Shown: positions 60,795-64,000 of the stretch, one piece after another
How the letters are laid out: the number at the start of each line of letters is the position of its first letter
How positions within the stretch are numbered: position 1 is the first letter of the stretch
DNA from: Pseudomonadota bacterium
GTDB lineage: Bacteria > Myxococcota_A > UBA9042
Reading direction: 5' to 3'
Assembly: GCA_005792545.1 (NCBI GenBank)
Contig: SXRM01000383.1
Location: 10,562-74,561 of the forward strand
DNA: 64,000 nt
Notes under the pieces: model-generated
Seen by the model: the letters and a program-made list of their open reading frames with translations, nothing else
What the model was told of the DNA's origin: nothing
Databases searched by the model: none
Made by a program: the position numbers and the translations under genes

Positions 60795-62192
60795 TCAGCG
60801 GTTACAGGCAAGGCGTCGCCAGGCCTGCGATCCCGCGCTGGCACAGACGGCCAGCAGCAGCGGATCGAGGTAGGCGCGAAATCGGTAGTTCTCGCCGTGT
60901 TCCAAGGTGTTGCCGACGAGCGCTACCCAGGCGACCGTCCATGCCGAGACTGCGAGCAGCGCGAATTCAGGTCCGTGCTGGTCCCGGCGCGCGCTGCGCA
61001 CAAGGCGCACACCGACCAGCGTCAGCGCACCAAACACGCCAAACGTCAGCACCACGGCGGCGCCGTCGACTTCGAGGAGCACGATCTGCGCCCACGCGGT
61101 GTGAACGTCTTCGATCGGCTGCCGCGCCGGCCGCAGAAATGGGTAGACGCCAACGGGTCGTAACCACGCCAGCCACGACCCAAGCTGGGCGCGCAGCCAG
61201 GCGGTCGGTTCGGCGCCGTAGATCGCGAACGCATCGTGGACCATCTGACGCGACAATGCGATGTAGTCGGCGTGGTTGAAGTTGGGTCCACCTTGTAACT
61301 TGTGGGGTGCGCAGACGGCAGGATGCGGATCCGGGCAATGGTGATTTTTCGTTGGCGCAACGTAGGCATGCAGGTCGCGAAAGGGACCCACTACGCCGGC
61401 CTGCGACAACTGCCCGCGCGCGGCAAGATCACGACGAATCTCGGGCGCGCTAGCCGCGTGGGCGGTGCGCAGCAGGCTCATGCCAGCCCAGGTGCTGGCG
61501 TTGGCTGTGCCGAACTGCGCGAAGTTTTTGGCATAGGGCAGCGTCATCAAACCAAGCGTCAAGGTGGCTACTACCCAGGTGCGGCGGGGCAATGGTGGCC
61601 TGGTCCAGGCGATGAGCACGAAAACGCCAACGGCCCACGCCGGATGGAACAGACTGCGCAACCAGCCGAGCGCAACCACTGACGCAGCAACCGTAATCCA
61701 AGCAGCGGTTCGGCCTTGTGCGGCGACTGGTGTGGCCAACCACAAGATCGACAGCGACACCGTCACCGGCTGGTCGTAGAACAGCCAGTGCGCGACCAGC
61801 CAATAGCCTGGACTGGCCATCAGCAGGGCACCGGCCAGCGCTGCCGACCACTGTCCAGCGCCGAACCGCAGCGCCCGGCGCCAGGTCAGCAGCCCACCAA
61901 GCAAGCCCAGGCTGTCCAACAACGCATGGACGACCGCGCCGGTCGGGTTGAGATCGGCGGCCAGGATGCCGGCGATTGCGGCATTGTAGAGCGGCGGCTG
62001 GGCGTGCAGTCGCCACAAGCAGCCCCAGGGGTCGACGTGCAGCCAGTGCAGATCGAGTAGTTGCCAGGTGCGATCGAGCGGCGCAAACACACCGACGCCC
62101 CGATCGTGGGCAAACCAACACAGCAGGCCCCACCAAGCCGCGAGCCCTGCCGCGGTCTTGATCGCTGTGCGCCCGCTACCCTGGTTTGCCAT
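60795..62192 (-). CDS. polytopic membrane protein (465 aa, GT-C-like candidate)
   Basis: MANQGSGRTAIKTAAGLAAWWGLLCW… with GGAAG upstream. It has multiple TM helices plus one about 110-aa loop. Confidence 0.55.
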   Translation of the reverse strand: MANQGSGRTAIKTAAGLAAWWGLLCWFAHDRGVGVFAPLDRTWQLLDLHWLHVDPWGCLWRLHAQPPLYNAAIAGILAADLNPTGAVVHALLDSLGLLGGLLTWRRALRFGAGQWSAALAGALLMASPGYWLVAHWLFYDQPVTVSLSILWLATPVAAQGRTAAWITVAASVVALGWLRSLFHPAWAVGVFVLIAWTRPPLPRRTWVVATLTLGLMTLPYAKNFAQFGTANASTWAGMSLLRTAHAASAPEIRRDLAARGQLSQAGVVGPFRDLHAYVAPTKNHHCPDPHPAVCAPHKLQGGPNFNHADYIALSRQMVHDAFAIYGAEPTAWLRAQLGSWLAWLRPVGVYPFLRPARQPIEDVHTAWAQIVLLEVDGAAVVLTFGVFGALTLVGVRLVRSARRDQHGPEFALLAVSAWTVAWVALVGNTLEHGENYRFRAYLDPLLLAVCASAGSQAWRRLACNR

Positions 62193-62607
62193 TGCTTCCT
62201 CTGGGTGGGCCCGGAGCATAGCTTGTGCGCCTCGACAAGAGCACGGGTCCACCGGCGCTCGACAGTGAGAATTCTATTTTCTCTCTCTAAGAGAGGTGGT
62301 GGCGGAGGGCCTGTGGATGGCGGGGACGGATGCAAAAAGACATGTCGCTGTCGAGCTTTGCTGACGATCGCCCTGTGGATGACGCGGTGGAGCAACGGCG
62401 ATTGATCCCCAGGCGGTCGGCGTGCGCCCAACTTGTTCCCCAGGCCCGGGGACAACTGCACCGTGATCCACAGGCTTTTACACAGGCCCGTTCATCTACC
62501 TGGGGATGGCCATGGCTAGCCTGGCGCGGATGCGACGGTTTTCGCAAACTCACGCCGCTGGCGTCGCCTGTTGTCAGGATGTGAACAGCAAAACGCGCAG
62601 CCGACCG

Positions 62608-62636
62608 TTGACACGCCGGGTCGTCGGGCGTACTAT
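62608..62636 (+). promoter_or_regulatory. near-consensus sigma70-type promoter (TTGACA-N17-TACTAT) upstream of the tRNA pair
   Basis: TTGACAcgccgggtcgtcgggcgTACTAT lies about 120 nt before tRNA-Val. Sequence match only. Confidence 0.45.
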
Positions 62637-62756
62637 TTTGGCCCGCCGCTGGCCTCCGGGCCGGCAACGCGTGCCCCCGTGCGGGGTCGCAGGCGCTGCA
62701 TCATCGTCCGGTTCCGCCTTGGACCAAAGGCCTGTGGGGCGAAAAATCTCGTTGAA

Positions 62757-62828
62757 GGGCGAATAGCTCAGCGGTAGAGCGGCGCCTTTACACGGCGTTG
62801 GCCGCAGGTTCGATCCCTGCTTCGCCCA
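62757..62828 (+). tRNA. tRNA-Val (anticodon TAC)
   Basis: Hand-folded cloverleaf. Acceptor is GGGCGAA/TTCGCCC, D stem GCTC/GAGC, anticodon stem GCGCC/GGCGT with loop TTTACAC, and T arm GCAGG-TTCGATC-CCTGC. CCA is not encoded. Confidence 0.9.
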
Positions 62829-62900
62829 CCGTGCGGCAATTAGCCGGACTGCAGCGCATCCATGCTGCGGTCAATCGATGATGCTGCGGCGAATAGTTAC

Positions 62901-62974
62901 GGAGTGGTAGTTCAGTCGGTTAGAACGCTGGCCTGTCAAGCCAGAGGCCGCGGGTTCAAGTCCCGTCCGCTCCG
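62901..62974 (+). tRNA. tRNA-Asp (anticodon GTC)
   Basis: Hand-folded cloverleaf. Acceptor is GGAGTGG/CCGCTCC (one G-U pair), D stem GTTC/GAAC, anticodon stem CTGGC/GCCAG with loop CTGTCAA, and T arm GCGGG-TTCAAGT-CCCGT. Confidence 0.9.
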
Positions 62975-63072
62975 CCCCAAACAATCTGCGCGACCTGCAC
63001 CTGCCCAGCCGACCGGCTGACCGGTTTCGTCGTCCGTCGCGTCCAGCCTGGCGCTGGTCAGGGCTCGCCGCC

Positions 63073-63756
63073 GTGTTGCACCTGCCCGGGCTTGCACTAC
63101 GCGTTGCGGATCGGTTGCCCGAGGCGGTGACGCGCGTCCTCGCCCGCGACCTGTCCGGCCCCGTTCGCAGTTTTGGCCGCTGGGGCCGCTATCTGCGGCC
63201 TGTCGATCTGTGCGTAGCGGCCGATCAAGTCAGTTTGCGGGGCGCAGCCGAACTGCCCACCGTCCTGGACTTGCGCGGATTGTGTCGCGGCGACAGCGTG
63301 TGGTTGCTCGATCCGGCGGCGTGGCCTGATCCGCCAAGCGATCGCGAACTGGCCGATCTGCTGCTGCACGAACTCGCGCACGCCCTGTGGAATCAAAATA
63401 CGGCGCCCGCTGCTGGCGGTGTGGTCGCAACGCCCCCGACCTGGTTTCGCGAGGGCTTTGCCGTGGTGGTCGCCGAAGGGCCGCCCGCGCCCGCTATCCG
63501 CCGGCAACTGGACAGTCAGGTTGTCGCTGACGCGGCCTACGCCGACGATGCGCAACTGGTGGCCCTGGGTCCTGTCGCCTACACGGCGGCCGCCGTGGCG
63601 TTCGACGCTTGGACTGCGCAGTTTGGCCGGCGCAGTCTTGGCGCACTGCAGCGTGGGCTGCGCCGCGGTCTGACCTTTGCCCGGGCGTTTGAGACGGCCT
63701 GTGGCACGGGCGACCGCGCCTACATCGCGCAACTGACGACGACCATGCAACGTTAG
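63073..63756 (+). CDS. putative zinc metallopeptidase (HExxH, MA-clan-like)
   Basis: LLLHELAHALWN, followed 25 aa later by WFREGFAVVV (candidate third ligand Glu). GTG start. The stop TAG (63754-63756) lies in the terminus of repeat copy 6. Confidence 0.55.
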   Translation: MLHLPGLALRVADRLPEAVTRVLARDLSGPVRSFGRWGRYLRPVDLCVAADQVSLRGAAELPTVLDLRGLCRGDSVWLLDPAAWPDPPSDRELADLLLHELAHALWNQNTAPAAGGVVATPPTWFREGFAVVVAEGPPAPAIRRQLDSQVVADAAYADDAQLVALGPVAYTAAAVAFDAWTAQFGRRSLGALQRGLRRGLTFARAFETACGTGDRAYIAQLTTTMQR

Positions 63757-63893
63757 TGCTCGTAAAAAATCTACTCGATTTTCTACGGGCGCCCATTTGC
63801 CAGCTCAGTGGGTCGCAAGCGCGTGTCATTGCAAGCCGACTCGCCGCTCCGCCGTCTGCTGAGGCCGACTGAGTTATTCTTTGAATGCCCTAA
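63753..63893 (+). repeat. MITE/REP-like intergenic repeat, copy 6
   Basis: TTAGTGCTCGTAAAAAATCTACTCGATTTTCTACGGGCGCCCATTTGCCAGCTCAGTGGGTCGCAAGCGCGTGTCATTGCAAGCCGACTCGCCGCTCCGCCGTCTGCTGAGGCCGACTGAGTT…GAATGCCCTAA. It is nearly identical to copy 4. Confidence 0.85.
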
Positions 63894-63969
63894 TTAGCCC
63901 GGGCAGCGTCCGGCGCGTTGGCCGGCCTGGGGTTTTGCGCTACGGTAGCCGCCTTCGCAGGGGGCGCAC

Positions 63970-64000
63970 ATGGCCAGCAACGACGACCAGCATGACCCAG
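63970..64000 (+). CDS. possible 5' end of a gene running off the right edge
   Basis: ATG GCC AGC AAC GAC GAC CAG CAT GAC CCA. Only 10 codons are visible. Confidence 0.2.
   Translation, partial: MASNDDQHDP

Noticed and set aside
60006-61279. 385-aa and 401-aa + strand ORFs opposite the lipoprotein and membrane-protein genes
   Set aside because: These are antisense, P/S/A/R-rich artefacts.

Overview
This is a very GC-rich bacterial chromosomal segment, roughly 70% GC by eye (not computed). Its gene content looks Myxococcota-like: cysteine-rich secreted repeat proteins, a MYXO-CTERM-like tail, a PP2C phosphatase and many lipoproteins. I could run no database search, so every family name below rests on motif recognition from memory.

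Housekeeping blocks:
- yajC-secD-secF-recJ
- yqgE
- asd...truA
- asnS-ihf
- xerC/D
- yaeQ
- tRNA-Val and tRNA-Asp

These are interleaved with envelope and secreted-protein genes:
- a 2249-aa modular repeat lipoprotein
- three tandem paralogous about 780-aa lipoproteins
- several beta-barrel outer-membrane candidates

Observations I rate most worth follow-up:
1. A tight minus-strand cluster at 34.6-38.2 kb. It holds a pseudo-dimeric AdoMetDC-like pyruvoyl enzyme, a LolA-like protein, a 4-Cys ferredoxin-like protein and a membrane-fused spermidine-synthase-like protein. A DUF1302-like barrel is divergent from it and the three-paralog lipoprotein array lies downstream.
2. A clear homolog of the archaeal chromatin protein MC1 at 40057-40341.
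3. A family of about 140-bp hairpin-bearing MITE/REP-like repeats (6 good copies plus 1 degenerate copy). Their TA-containing termini coincide with stop codons of flanking genes, and one copy sits in the 5' end of a paralog.
4. A single ORF containing two complete radical-SAM domains.
5. One ORF that appears to fuse a MYXO-CTERM-type protein to an outer-membrane barrel, located between asd and truA.
6. A DprE1/DprE2-like pair flanked by polytopic membrane proteins.

I saw no rRNA, CRISPR array, prophage or autonomous IS. Many long ORFs in the supplied track are GC-driven antisense or 5'-extension artefacts.
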